From positions 832,001 to 896,000 of the forward strand of contig CBDDIJ010000003.1 in NCBI GenBank assembly GCA_965228855.1: 64,000 bases of DNA, given 5' to 3'. Both the position numbers and the translations under genes were made by a program. Below, piece by piece: positions 9,571 to 20,179 of the stretch. Position 1 is the first letter of the stretch. Each line of letters starts with the position of its first letter. Origin of the DNA: Candidatus Obscuribacterales bacterium. Lineage in GTDB: Bacteria > Cyanobacteriota > Vampirovibrionia > Obscuribacterales > Obscuribacteraceae. Below the pieces are notes generated by a model. It had not been told where the DNA came from. It saw nothing but the letters and a program-made list of their open reading frames with translations, and made no database searches.

Positions 9571-10668
9571 ATGAAAAACAACCATACCTTTTGTTGGCTT
9601 CCGTTGGTTGCGACGAGCGCGATCTTAATCGGAACTACCTATACCTCCACCGCAAGTGCACAACCGCTGAGAAAGCCATTGCCGGGATATTCAGTCATTG
9701 GAGACTCGACCAAAACCGATGCAAAAGCTGATGGTCCAAAAATCAGCGCGCCATCTGCTAATGGGTATTCGAGTAATGGAGCGAGTTGGCGCGGTCAAAG
9801 TCAGAATCAGGGTTCGTCTCGTGGCGGTGGCGCAAATAACAACGTTCGTTCTCGAAACACCGCTGCTCCAGGCGCAGCGGCATTGTCTTCTCTAAAACCT
9901 GGTCAATTGAAAAAATTGACAGCGGATGCCCTTCGATATGAGAAAGAGGGCTTAGCGGAGGAGAAAAAAGGCAATTTAAACGGCGCGCTGTTGAAATTGA
10001 AACAGTCGCTAAACATGCGCGAATATTATTGGGGACAGCGAGATAAAGCCGTACCCGTCTTGCTGGAGCGCATCGCCGCCGTTCAAGCCAAGCAGAAGAA
10101 ATATTCAGAAGCGATCGCCTCGACCGAGAAAGCTTTGTCTTACTACTCGAAGATTTACGGTCCGGGGACGACCGATCGCATACCTTCTCTATTGCTGCTA
10201 GGTCGGCTCTTCCAGGAGAACAAGGAGTTCGAGAAGAGCTTCGAGCAATATAAACAAGCGCTCGAACTCACGGAGCGTTCCAGGGGCAGTAAATCTTCAG
10301 AAGCCGCTAAACTGCGTCTTCTTCTTGCTCGGCAGTCCGACAAGCTGAACTGGGACAGGACCACCGATGAATTTTACAAGGGATGCCTGGAGGCTGATGC
10401 AAGCATTCTTGGAGCCGCCGAGTATGCAAAAGCCGGAGAAGAGTATGCGGCATTCCTGACTAAGCTCGGTCGATTGGACGACGCGAAACTGGTTCTTGAA
10501 AAAGCTCATCAATCAAGCGCTTCATCTGCGCCCTCGTCGTCGGTGGCGGAAAACAAGACGCAGGAATCTTCTTCTGAATCAACGAAGTCCGCTACATCGG
10601 ACCAGAGTGCGCCGACCGCAACTGCCGATCCTCTTGCGCCTTCAGGAAGCGTACCCGCTGCTAAATAA
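9571..10668 (+). CDS. Exported tetratricopeptide-repeat protein
   Basis: Signal peptide; kinesin-light-chain-like TPRs (KYSEAIASTEKALSYYSKIYGP); S/A-rich tail. Confidence 0.8.
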   Translation: MKNNHTFCWLPLVATSAILIGTTYTSTASAQPLRKPLPGYSVIGDSTKTDAKADGPKISAPSANGYSSNGASWRGQSQNQGSSRGGGANNNVRSRNTAAPGAAALSSLKPGQLKKLTADALRYEKEGLAEEKKGNLNGALLKLKQSLNMREYYWGQRDKAVPVLLERIAAVQAKQKKYSEAIASTEKALSYYSKIYGPGTTDRIPSLLLLGRLFQENKEFEKSFEQYKQALELTERSRGSKSSEAAKLRLLLARQSDKLNWDRTTDEFYKGCLEADASILGAAEYAKAGEEYAAFLTKLGRLDDAKLVLEKAHQSSASSAPSSSVAENKTQESSSESTKSATSDQSAPTATADPLAPSGSVPAAK

Positions 10669-12016
10669 AGGACCTGCAGACCTGGTAGAAATACTTTTGA
10701 AACAAAGACAGGTGCATTTTAAAGACGCCGTCTTCCTTCATCTCGAATTGTCTATGAGACGGGTCGTCCGCTAGATCGAATTCTTGAGAGCCTCTTCCAT
10801 GCGGATTGCGGATGGTGATCATGTTGCTTGCCGGATCGAAACCGATAATCGTGTAAGCGTGAGTCGACACCACGAGCGGTGGCAGGTGTCCAAGGTGCAT
10901 GTCGTCCCAGGTGCCGCAAACTATCGGATTTTTCGACGAGATAGCACCGCCTATGAAGCTGGAGAGCTCTTGCGGATCGGCTGAGCCGGGGGACATGGTC
11001 TGCGCCTTGCATCCTGTAATGCAGCCTAGACCAACAGCGAGTCTGGACTGGTCTCCCGTTGCTCCTTCGGCGCCGCGATTATTGGGAAACTTCATTACCT
11101 GTGCGCAAGAGATCAGCGACGCCCACTGCGCCGTATCACGTATCCCGTGGCGGTCTAATGTTTCCTCGTCGATTTTGTACTCTTCTCCGTCACCAGGGAA
11201 ACGTACAATGTAAATGCCATTGCCACCATACGTGATCATGCTTGCGAGCAATCTCTGACCTCGGGGTAGCTCAGCTAGAGCGGCCATCGATGCCTCGAAC
11301 CAACAGTTTGGATTTGCTCCCTGATCGATTCCCTTTGCTCCATCACTTGCAACCTGTGTCGCTGAAAACGGATGGTCTCCGCGTTTTAGCGTGGCTTCCG
11401 GTGGGAATGGCGAGGTCTTGGTACGAAGGTGCTTGTTCTTTGAAACAATCACCTTTTCCGATGGACCGCCGCTCGGGGGCACTTTTGATGCTGCCGCCAT
11501 CATGCGTTTATTGTAATCTGCGATCGCTGCTCGCAAGGCGATTTTGCCCTGAGGCGTCTTCAAACGTTGCCGTACGTCCGGAGTCATACCGTCAAAAAAG
11601 TTGGGCGGCAAATTGTTTTCGTCCAGCAACTTTGGCGCTTGTCCGCCCGCTGCGTCGGCCGTACTCGCTGCGGTTGCAAGTTCCGGAAACAATCTTGTGC
11701 TGTGCGCCGCTTCCTGCGTAGATTTGAAATTCTTCACAACATACGTGCAAAGCTGCCGGGCCCGGGCTCTTCGGTTCGCAGCATAGTTAGCGATTGCTGC
11801 CTGGTAATAAAGTCGCGCAGAGGGCGAGCTTTTCTTCAAGACGGCTTCGAACATATCTGCAGAATCTGCGAACTTATTAGCCGTGTAAAGCGCCCATGCA
11901 GATGAGCTATTGGGCGCCGTGTCCGCTTGTCCGTTAACGGAACTTACACAGAACGGCATTATAAAAAGCGCGGCTAAAATAAATCGGTTGTGATGGTTAC
12001 GTAAAGAATCCTTCAA
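10661..12016 (-). CDS. Exported calpain-like (peptidase C2) cysteine protease with N-terminal TPR-like region
   Basis: IDQGANPNCWF (Cys), HAYTIIG (His), IRNPHG (Asn), DGVFKMHL tail matching the calpain catalytic core. Confidence 0.8.
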   Translation of the reverse strand: MKDSLRNHHNRFILAALFIMPFCVSSVNGQADTAPNSSSAWALYTANKFADSADMFEAVLKKSSPSARLYYQAAIANYAANRRARARQLCTYVVKNFKSTQEAAHSTRLFPELATAASTADAAGGQAPKLLDENNLPPNFFDGMTPDVRQRLKTPQGKIALRAAIADYNKRMMAAASKVPPSGGPSEKVIVSKNKHLRTKTSPFPPEATLKRGDHPFSATQVASDGAKGIDQGANPNCWFEASMAALAELPRGQRLLASMITYGGNGIYIVRFPGDGEEYKIDEETLDRHGIRDTAQWASLISCAQVMKFPNNRGAEGATGDQSRLAVGLGCITGCKAQTMSPGSADPQELSSFIGGAISSKNPIVCGTWDDMHLGHLPPLVVSTHAYTIIGFDPASNMITIRNPHGRGSQEFDLADDPSHRQFEMKEDGVFKMHLSLFQKYFYQVCRSFI

Positions 12017-12258
12017 GACGCTTCTCCGTCATGCTCCTTTCATTATCAAACCACAATGCGCGCTTTAAGTAACAGTTATTGATGTCTGAGTAACAGTCTC
12101 TTGAAACCATGCGGCAAGCCTCGGAACATCGTTTGCATGATGTCGTCAAACATAACCAAGGAGCCGTAAGGCAGCGGTTCTCTAAGAATCTACACTAAAG
12201 AATTATGCGAAGGAATCGACGGAACCGCCGATGGTACCATCGCGCCAAGGAGGCAAAA

Positions 12259-12639
12259 ATGATCAGGTCTATGAAAAATGCTGTTTTAGCCGCGGCGGTG
12301 CTTGCGTCCACGGTCGCAGGTGGTTTAACTCAGCCTGCCGAAGCGCGCAATTATTTCAATCCGTATGGCTACAACACTAATTACGTTAACCCATATTACA
12401 ATCCCTACAACGGCAACGCCTACTATGGTCGCCCCAGTATCCTCAAGCCTACTTTAGTCGGTGCGGCTATCGGTGGCGCTGGTGGGCTCGGGGTGAGTCT
12501 CTTGAGCGGGCGTGATAAACACTACGTACGCAACATCGGTATCGGTGCCGGTATCGGGGCTGGTGTCGGCGCAGGAATTGGCTTGATTCGCAGACATAAC
12601 TTCAATAAAAATCTCAACTACGGTGGCTACTACTATTAG
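12259..12639 (+). CDS. Exported glycine-zipper protein
   Basis: AAGGAGG RBS before ATG 12259; signal ending AEA; N/Y/P-rich linker; GAAIGGAGG and GIGAGIGAGVGAGIG zippers. Confidence 0.75.
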   Translation: MIRSMKNAVLAAAVLASTVAGGLTQPAEARNYFNPYGYNTNYVNPYYNPYNGNAYYGRPSILKPTLVGAAIGGAGGLGVSLLSGRDKHYVRNIGIGAGIGAGVGAGIGLIRRHNFNKNLNYGGYYY

Positions 12640-12689
12640 CCTGTAAAAATCACCCGGGTGATGTTTACTCCTGAAGCTTTGAAGATATG

Positions 12690-12721
12690 AGAAAGAGGCA
12701 CTCGTCAGAGTGCCTCTTTCT
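12690..12721. terminator. Bidirectional intrinsic terminator
   Basis: Perfect 14-bp stem agaaagaggcactc-gtca-gagtgcctctttct between convergent genes. Confidence 0.8.
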
Positions 12722-12742
12722 AAATCAAGGAGATAGGAGGAA

Positions 12743-13084
12743 CTATTTCGCTATCTTGATTGATTTCGTAACTTTCTGCTCTTCTTTGTCTTTCACGACA
12801 GTTACGATGATTGGCATTTCATCAGCTTTATAGTCCTTTGGAATTTCGAAGGTCCAGGTTGCTTTGCCATCAGCTCCTGCGTCCTGATCTGTGAGCTTCA
12901 ACAGCTGAGTGACGCCTGCATCTTGAGCTTCGATTTTGCACTTGAGTTTTGCATCGGTTTTGACTGAAACCGATACTTGCTCACCGAGTTTCGCGGATTC
13001 CGGCGCTTCTACCGTCGCAGAAACGGCGGCAAAAGCCGGAAGCGTCATTAACGACAGGGCGAGTGCAAGAATTCTTGACTTCAT
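12743..13084 (-). CDS. Small exported beta-sandwich (Ig-like) protein
   Basis: AAGGAG RBS; signal peptide ending AFA; alternating beta-strand pattern. Confidence 0.7.
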   Translation of the reverse strand: MKSRILALALSLMTLPAFAAVSATVEAPESAKLGEQVSVSVKTDAKLKCKIEAQDAGVTQLLKLTDQDAGADGKATWTFEIPKDYKADEMPIIVTVVKDKEEQKVTKSIKIAK

Positions 13085-13321
13085 GTGTATTCTCCTTCAG
13101 TTTGTTTTCTTAAAAGTGAGAGTTTCTATCACTTCGTTTCTAGCTTCTTTCTTCCTTGTAAGTCTGGAGAAGCCCGCTAGATGAGGGCTGAAAGACTATA
13201 CCACGCAAGGTTTTTGAAGGAGATTCGCAAGTCTCGACAAAGCTTGAGTCTTTGCGATCTTGAAAGTTGTTGGTATCGTATACGGTGGCGCAGGTGGGCG
13301 TCGTTTTTCTGATCGAAAACC

Positions 13322-13816
13322 TTAAATCCATTCCGGAGGTGCCTCTGGTAACGGAAGTGCGATCGATCCAGTACCGGCGCTGGGATACGGTTTTTTTCGC
13401 ACGCCAGGGTTATCGTCGGGAGGTGGCGGAGGCGGTTGCCACCAGCTGTTCCCTGAAGAACCCGGAGGGCGAGCCTGATTCGGTATTTCTACATAGCGTC
13501 GATGGAGTTTGTACTGATCCGCGAGAAAGTCGACTCCGTTTACCGTTATTTGGAGTATAGTTTCATCGAGCTGATTGAAAGCTGCAAATCCTTGCTGTCC
13601 AAGCCAATCAACAGCTTCTTTAATATGTTCTTCCGACCAGGAAAATAGAAGAAAGTGCAAGCGTGAGAGTGATGCGCCACCAAAGGCCGCATCTTTGCGC
13701 CTGAGTGAATTCAACATGGCGAGAATGCTTAGCTTCAGCTCAAGGTCATCCCAACTCACCGGAGTAGTTAAGTCAACCTGAGAAGAGTCTGTTTCAAAAG
13801 AATCATTCGCACTCAT
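13322..13816 (-). CDS. Hypothetical protein, winged-helix-like core with polyproline tail
   Basis: IKEAVDWLGQQGF...ILQITVNGVDFL resembles a wHTH recognition helix and wing; PPPPPP tail. Confidence 0.55.
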   Translation of the reverse strand: MSANDSFETDSSQVDLTTPVSWDDLELKLSILAMLNSLRRKDAAFGGASLSRLHFLLFSWSEEHIKEAVDWLGQQGFAAFNQLDETILQITVNGVDFLADQYKLHRRYVEIPNQARPPGSSGNSWWQPPPPPPDDNPGVRKKPYPSAGTGSIALPLPEAPPEWI

Positions 13817-13936
13817 GGTTCTACCTGTTTCACTCTCTCCATCATAGCAGGCGTGGTTGTTCCTCCTTTCTTGCCTGGTTTTGCTATTTTTGCAATGATG
13901 GAGGTGGATGCCTTGGCTTGGTCAGAGGGCTTTGAG

Positions 13937-14641
13937 ATGTGTGACACCGATGAGATAATCGAAAGTGCATTGGCTAAGTATCGGCATTGCAACTCCTACC
14001 TTGATCGAGGTTGTATTCGAACTAACCGTTGCAACAACGAAACGGAAATCAGGTTTGAAACCTATTTCCTGAGACCAGCCTATTTGCGCAGCGAGTGGCA
14101 GCAATATAACGGTTCTAAGGCAATTGGACCGAAGGGCGGTTTCTGGAGTGACGGAGAAATTGCTCGCATACGGCTCAAAACCGGTATGCAAACATGTGCT
14201 CCGCGCGACGTTCTCAGTATCAATTCAGTGGAGATAAGTCGATTTCTTCTACCAAGCTATCGTTTGAGTTTCAGCCCTAACATCGTACCTCTGCTGGGGG
14301 CTGTTCTAATCGCTGAAGAAGAACTCGAATCCGGAGAATGCTACGTTCTGGAATGCAACGAAGACCGAATATGGACAAGACGCTATTGGGTCTTGAAGTC
14401 TAATTTTGCCATCGTACAGGCGGAGGTTTTGTACATTCGGAACGGCGCGGAAATAGCTCGGAGTGAGCGTGAACTCGCCCAACGTGAAAGGAAAATGGCT
14501 GCGCTTTTAAACCGCCCGGCGATCGACTTGCCGGAACCGGAGACCCTAGAGGATGAGATTCTCCTGACCAGATATGAATTCTATGATGTGATCTTCGATG
14601 CACCGCTAGTTGAAACAGTTTTCGAATTTCCGGTGGCTTAA
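13937..14641 (+). CDS. Hypothetical protein, possible LolA-like fold
   Basis: FETYFLRPAYLRSEW...FWSDG...EEELESGECYVL...RYWV pattern; ATG 13937 within ORF 13853-14641. Confidence 0.5.
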   Translation: MCDTDEIIESALAKYRHCNSYLDRGCIRTNRCNNETEIRFETYFLRPAYLRSEWQQYNGSKAIGPKGGFWSDGEIARIRLKTGMQTCAPRDVLSINSVEISRFLLPSYRLSFSPNIVPLLGAVLIAEEELESGECYVLECNEDRIWTRRYWVLKSNFAIVQAEVLYIRNGAEIARSERELAQRERKMAALLNRPAIDLPEPETLEDEILLTRYEFYDVIFDAPLVETVFEFPVA

Positions 14642-14712
14642 ACATCTAAAAATGAGACCTCACGGAAATTGATTTCGCGGGATAATGTTCGGCGAAACCG
14701 ATCGAGTGCTGA

Positions 14713-16050
14713 TTGTTGACTTCCTTGACGCAAATATTTAAACCGGCGCCGCCTATCGAGCGTTTGCCGGAGGGGCAGATTGATTCTGCCTACATGCGTT
14801 ATCGTGCCCAGATGCTGACGACTATTTTCGTCGGATACGCGGGCTACTACCTGGTTCGTTCAAACATAAACATCGCGAAGCCTTATCTAATAAGTGAGCT
14901 GGGCTTGACCAAAGGTGACGTGGGATTACTGGCCTCTGCTCTAACGATTGCATATGGTCTGAGCAAGTTTTTAATGGGCAACGTCTCGGACCGATCTAAT
15001 CCGAGATATTTTCTCGCTACCGGGCTCATTCTTGCGGGGCTTGTGAACCTGTTTTTCGGCTTCCTGCCGAGTTTGTCGTTGATGGTGGTGTTCTGGTCTT
15101 TGAACGGGTGGTTTCAAGGAATGGGTTGGCCACCTTGTGGTCGAACCATGGTTCACTGGTTTTCCGATCGCGAGCGCGGCACAAAAATGGCGATCTGGAA
15201 TTTGGCTCACAATGTAGGAGGCATGCTCGCCTTCAACATTGCGAGCTACTCCTTGCTGTGTTTCTCATCGTGGAAAAGCGCATTTTTTGTGCCTGCAATT
15301 TTTGCTATTGCCACCGGTTTCCTGGTCCTGGTTTTTTTGCGCGATACTCCGCAATCGGTCGGTTTGCCTCCCATTGAAGAGTATAAGAACGATTATCCAG
15401 CTACTGCTGTGGAGGACAGAGAGCGCGAGCTAAGCTCAAAAGAGATTTTCTTCAGTTATGTCCTAAACAACAAATTCTTATGGATTTTCGCGTTCGCGAA
15501 TGTGATGGTTTACATCGTCCGTTATGGTGTCGTTAATTGGGCGCCGACGTACTTGACTGAAGTGAAGGGCTATTCCATCACCGATTCTGCATGGCAATCG
15601 ACACTTTACGAGTTTGCCGGCATTCCGGGAATGCTTTTCTCCGGATGGGCGAGTGACAAAATATTTCACGGCAGGCGTTCACCAATCATGGTGATTTCTA
15701 TGGCGCTTGTGGTGGCAGCAGTTTTTCTGTATTGGTTCAACCCGAAAGGAAACTATCTGATCGACTCAGTCGCTTTGATTGCGATTGGTTTTTTGATTTA
15801 CGGACCAGTAATGTTGATCGGAGTTGCCGCACTGGATTTGGTGCCGAAAAAGGCTGTCGGCACTGCTGCCGGTTTAACCGGTCTATTCGGCTATCTTGGC
15901 GCCACGCTCGCAGAACTGGGAATCGGTTTGATTGTTCACCATTACGGCTGGGACATGGGGTTTACGTTTATCGTCGTAGCAGCTTTGCTGGCGATCTTAT
16001 TACTGGCATTAACGTGGAATGTTCACGACCGCAGGAAAACTGATCACTGA
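14713..16050 (+). CDS. glpT: Glycerol-3-phosphate transporter (MFS, OPA family)
   Basis: IFVGYAGYYLVR, AYGLSKFLMGNVSDRSNPR, NGWFQGMGWPPCGRTMVHW, WNLAHNVGG, LRDTPQSVGLPPIEEYKND: close to GlpT consensus. Confidence 0.92.
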   Translation: MLTSLTQIFKPAPPIERLPEGQIDSAYMRYRAQMLTTIFVGYAGYYLVRSNINIAKPYLISELGLTKGDVGLLASALTIAYGLSKFLMGNVSDRSNPRYFLATGLILAGLVNLFFGFLPSLSLMVVFWSLNGWFQGMGWPPCGRTMVHWFSDRERGTKMAIWNLAHNVGGMLAFNIASYSLLCFSSWKSAFFVPAIFAIATGFLVLVFLRDTPQSVGLPPIEEYKNDYPATAVEDRERELSSKEIFFSYVLNNKFLWIFAFANVMVYIVRYGVVNWAPTYLTEVKGYSITDSAWQSTLYEFAGIPGMLFSGWASDKIFHGRRSPIMVISMALVVAAVFLYWFNPKGNYLIDSVALIAIGFLIYGPVMLIGVAALDLVPKKAVGTAAGLTGLFGYLGATLAELGIGLIVHHYGWDMGFTFIVVAALLAILLLALTWNVHDRRKTDH

Positions 16051-16129
16051 TGAATGCACCTTTTGGCAGGTTTGAGAATCTAAACCTCATCACCTTTTTG
16101 AACCAAGTTTAAACGAGCGTCGGCGAGCG

Positions 16130-16897
16130 TTACTTATCAAATTCGAAGAGAACGTCGACACCTGTTTTTCGCATTTTCTTTGCGTCACCAACGACTATGC
16201 GCGTGACTGATTTTGTCGGTGTCAAACCGGACGGCACATCAAATTCGGACGTTGGAACCGGCATGTAAGAAATTTTGCTGGTTGATAGAAACACTCGTCG
16301 TTGACCTTCCTCGCTCAGCTGGGTCATCCAATCTTTCCCGGTCAAGTAGGTTTTGAGGCCGATCGGAATTTTGCCGGACGTTGGTAGCTTGTAGGCGTAG
16401 TACAAAAACTGCTCTGCCTGCGGCGCTGCATAGTTTTTGCGATCCATAGTCTGGTAAGTGGTGGTGCCTTGTTGAATTTGTGTTATCGGGAAGTTGTTTA
16501 TTTTCCTGATCGTGATCTTTCCGCCTTTTGGAATTATTCGTTCCTTCTGGAGCAGAACCATATTTGAAAAAAGACCCTGCTCACAGAATTCTTTTAAGCT
16601 TTGAGTCGCGATCAGCCGGTCGTCCAGGCGGAAAGTATTAACATCCCAAGTCGGCGCTTTTAAAATGACGCTAAAATGGAATTTCCCAAGTCCATCCAGG
16701 CGCACCGCAGTTGGTGTCAGCATCAACTTTGTTTTTCCGAGATAAACATGCTCTTGTTCGAGCACGAGGGCATTAACCGTACTGGGTGTTTTGGCTGATG
16801 CGACGCCATGAGCAGTCGGAATAGTCGTTGCGGCAACTAAACAGCACAAAGCAGATGTGGTCTTAGCCTTTGATATATTCAACTTAAACCGATTCAA
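16130..16897 (-). CDS. Hypothetical exported protein
   Basis: 255-aa ORF, signal-like N-terminus, beta-rich. Confidence 0.65.
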   Translation of the reverse strand: MNRFKLNISKAKTTSALCCLVAATTIPTAHGVASAKTPSTVNALVLEQEHVYLGKTKLMLTPTAVRLDGLGKFHFSVILKAPTWDVNTFRLDDRLIATQSLKEFCEQGLFSNMVLLQKERIIPKGGKITIRKINNFPITQIQQGTTTYQTMDRKNYAAPQAEQFLYYAYKLPTSGKIPIGLKTYLTGKDWMTQLSEEGQRRVFLSTSKISYMPVPTSEFDVPSGLTPTKSVTRIVVGDAKKMRKTGVDVLFEFDK

Positions 16898-17008
16898 GTT
16901 AGGTGCTGGGATATCGGTTGGTCCGCGATATCCTCATCATACCTGAAATCTGGAAACCTGCATCTTTTATCGGTACTTGCTGCGTGACCGATGGAAATGC
17001 GCTTTGGG

Positions 17009-20000
17009 TTAATTGAGGGGCTGTTCGGGCTTTCTGTTGCATACTATCGGATACAAACTCGGCAAAACAACAAGAGTAAGAAGGGTTGATGATACAAGAC
17101 CAGCAATCACCACGGTGGCTAGAGGGCGCTGGACTTCGGCGCCGACTGATGTCGCGATTGCCATTGGTACGAAACCTAAAGATGCAACCAGAGCGGTCAT
17201 CAATACCGGTCTGAGGCGCTGTTTTGCCGCGATCATAGCCGCTGCCCGCGGTTGTATCCTCATATCGTGTTCGAGATGGCGGATAGTGGAAACCAGCACC
17301 ACGCCGTTGAGTACGGCTACGCCGAATAGAGCGATAAATCCAACTCCTGCGGTGACTGATAGCGCCATGTTGCGCACGTAGAGTGCGACTATACCTCCTG
17401 AGAATGCCAGAGGAATGTTCAAAAAAATTAGAAATCCGGGTTTCCAGTCGTTGTATAAACCGAAGAGCAAGATAAAGATGAGCAAGAGGGAGAGTGGAAC
17501 TAATACCGCTAGCCGCTCCTGGGCGATGCGCATGTTTTCGAACTGCCCACCCCATTCGATGTGGTAGCCGGCTGGAAGGCGAACGTCTCTACCCACGGCT
17601 TTCATTGCCTCGTTCACGAAACCTCCGAGGTCACGCCCGCGTACATTGAGCTGCACGGTAAAGGTCCTATCTCCCTGAAAATGAGTTATCTGGGCTGGAG
17701 ACATCTCTCTGCGAACATCCGAGATTTGACTCAACGGTATCAATTCACCACTTGCAGTTGCGACAGGTAGTGAGCCAATATCCTCGGCTCTCTTTACGCT
17801 ATCCGGAGCAAAGCGGACAGCAAGTGGATAACGCGGCTTGCCTTCGTATATGGTACCGACTATCTTGCCTTCGATGGCAGCTGATACCGTATTCAGTGCA
17901 TCCAGGCTGCTAATACCGTAGGATGCAAGGGCTGGTTCCTTGAGTTTTGCTGTGACAATCGGAAGACCCGATGTCTGTTCTAATTTCAAGTCCCTGCAGC
18001 CTGTGACTTTGCGAACTGAGACCGCAATCTGATTTCCGATCTTTCGCAGGAGTTCCAGATCGCTTCCAAACACACGGATGGTCACATCGCTTTTGGCACC
18101 GGCGATAAGCTCATTCATGCGCTGCTCGATTGGTTGTGACATTGAGAAGATCAAGCCTGGGATGCAATCCGTCAGGTCATTTTCTATCTGTTCTTCTATA
18201 TCTTTCTGTGTCGTGCCAGTTTCCCATTGCGACGGTGGTTTGAAGACTATGAACACATCGGTTTCGTCCGGACCCATCGGATCGAAGGCGATCTCTGAAT
18301 GACCGGTTCTCGATACTATTCGCTCGACATTCTTATTTCTTTTAACGACCTGCTCTATTAGCGTGGTTTGCTCTTTTGCCGTGATGAGAGAACCGGAAAC
18401 CGGACGATTGACAGTGAGCACTATTGAACCTTCCTTCAAGACCGGCATGAATTCAGTGCCGAGCACAGGAACTGCCAGTAAGCTGCCGGCGAATATGAGT
18501 AAAGCCGCACCAGCTGTTAGGAACGGATGGCTTGCCGCCTGTAAAAGAATCCGGTGGTACGGTCTTTTCAAAATGCTCATGAACAAACTGTCCTTCTCCT
18601 GAACATTGCGTTCAAGAACGAAGTAACAGAGCGTAGGAGTTATGAATAATGCGACGAATAACGCGGTAATCAAGCCGAAAATAACAGTTAGAGCCATGGG
18701 GTGGAAGGTCTTTCCGGATACTCCGGGTAAGCCTAAAATTGGCAAGTATACGACTGTTATGATCAGCACCGCAGTTAGTACCGGTGCTGCTATTTCGGCA
18801 GCGGCGGTTTTAACTATTGCCAGTCGCTGGTTCTCCGGTAACTCGCTTGCCGGAGCATTATTTTTGTCTACTTTGTTAACGTCATCTATGTCGAATTGAA
18901 CAGGTGTATTGGCTTTTGCGTGGGCAAGGCGACGCATTATGTTTTCAACCATAACCACGGAACCGTCGATCAAAATTCCGAAGTCTATGGCTCCCAGTGA
19001 GAGTAAATTACCTGGAATTTTGCTCAGGTTGAGAAACAATAGAGAACCGGCCATTGCCAGCGGAATCGAGATGGCCGATATCAGGCCTCCTCGAAGACTT
19101 CCCAGTACGACCAGGAGAACAATTAAAACCAGAACCGCTCCGTGCTGCAGATTATCCTTGACGGTTTCCATCGTAAGGTCGATGAGGTCGCCGCGATCGT
19201 AGAACGTTTTAATAGACACATTTGTCGGTAAAGTCTTTTCCAGCGACTTAATTTTGGCGTTGATTCGATCAACGAGTTGTTTCGAGTTTTCACCTTTTCT
19301 CATTATGATGATACCAATCACGGTTTCACCATTCGCATCAGCAGTGACAATGCTTTGCGGCAGCGAATGACCAATCACGACGCTTCCAACGTCACGAACA
19401 CGAAGAGCTCCATTGGTAGACCGGCGAATGACGACGTTTTCAATGTCGGTTGTATTGCGCAAGAGACCGTCGGCACGCAGAAGAATTTGATCGCTGTTTT
19501 CAACTATGTATCCGCCGCCGGCATTTGAGTTCGTCCTGGTTAGAGCGTTAAACACCTCTGTGATCGTGCAAGCGTAACCATGCAACTTTTCCGGGTGCAG
19601 CCAGACTTGAAACTCTTTGGCTTCACCGCCCATGGATTGAACTTCGTCAGCACCCGCAACTGTTTTCAATGCTGGAATTATTTGCCAATCCAGAATGTCG
19701 CGCAATTGCATCAGCGAGTAACCCGGGCCTTTGACCTCGAATTGATAGACCTCGCCCAATCCGGTGGCAATAGGACCGAGCATCATTTTGACCTCGACCG
19801 TCTGCGGCATTTGTTGTTCCGCATTTTTCAGGCGCTCGTTCACTTGCTGGCGGGCCCAGTATATATCGGTGTCGTCGTCGAAAACCGCGGTCACCTGCGA
19901 TAACGCGTACTTGGATATGGACCTTTGTAACTTCAATCGCGGCATGCCCTGCAATGCCAGCTCGATGGGGTAGGTAATGTATTGTTCAACCTCCGAGGGG

Positions 20001-20179
20001 GCTAAACCGCGGGCGGTGGCAGTCACGGTTACCTGTACGTTTGAAATGTCCGGGACCGCATCCACGCTCATTTCCTTGAAGGCCCAGATCCCGGCTGCGA
20101 AAAATAGGAGTGTGCCGAAGAGAATCAAGACGCGTTTATCGAGCGCAAACTTAACTAAGCGTTCGAGAATACCGTCCAT
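17009..20179 (-). CDS. czcA: Heavy-metal efflux RND transporter, CusA/CzcA family
   Basis: VDAVPDISNVQV, GAIDFGILIDGSVVMVENI (HME-RND TM4), RLRPVLMTALVASLGFVPMA, GAEVQRPLATVVI. Confidence 0.9.
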   Translation of the reverse strand: MDGILERLVKFALDKRVLILFGTLLFFAAGIWAFKEMSVDAVPDISNVQVTVTATARGLAPSEVEQYITYPIELALQGMPRLKLQRSISKYALSQVTAVFDDDTDIYWARQQVNERLKNAEQQMPQTVEVKMMLGPIATGLGEVYQFEVKGPGYSLMQLRDILDWQIIPALKTVAGADEVQSMGGEAKEFQVWLHPEKLHGYACTITEVFNALTRTNSNAGGGYIVENSDQILLRADGLLRNTTDIENVVIRRSTNGALRVRDVGSVVIGHSLPQSIVTADANGETVIGIIIMRKGENSKQLVDRINAKIKSLEKTLPTNVSIKTFYDRGDLIDLTMETVKDNLQHGAVLVLIVLLVVLGSLRGGLISAISIPLAMAGSLLFLNLSKIPGNLLSLGAIDFGILIDGSVVMVENIMRRLAHAKANTPVQFDIDDVNKVDKNNAPASELPENQRLAIVKTAAAEIAAPVLTAVLIITVVYLPILGLPGVSGKTFHPMALTVIFGLITALFVALFITPTLCYFVLERNVQEKDSLFMSILKRPYHRILLQAASHPFLTAGAALLIFAGSLLAVPVLGTEFMPVLKEGSIVLTVNRPVSGSLITAKEQTTLIEQVVKRNKNVERIVSRTGHSEIAFDPMGPDETDVFIVFKPPSQWETGTTQKDIEEQIENDLTDCIPGLIFSMSQPIEQRMNELIAGAKSDVTIRVFGSDLELLRKIGNQIAVSVRKVTGCRDLKLEQTSGLPIVTAKLKEPALASYGISSLDALNTVSAAIEGKIVGTIYEGKPRYPLAVRFAPDSVKRAEDIGSLPVATASGELIPLSQISDVRREMSPAQITHFQGDRTFTVQLNVRGRDLGGFVNEAMKAVGRDVRLPAGYHIEWGGQFENMRIAQERLAVLVPLSLLLIFILLFGLYNDWKPGFLIFLNIPLAFSGGIVALYVRNMALSVTAGVGFIALFGVAVLNGVVLVSTIRHLEHDMRIQPRAAAMIAAKQRLRPVLMTALVASLGFVPMAIATSVGAEVQRPLATVVIAGLVSSTLLTLVVLPSLYPIVCNRKPEQPLN

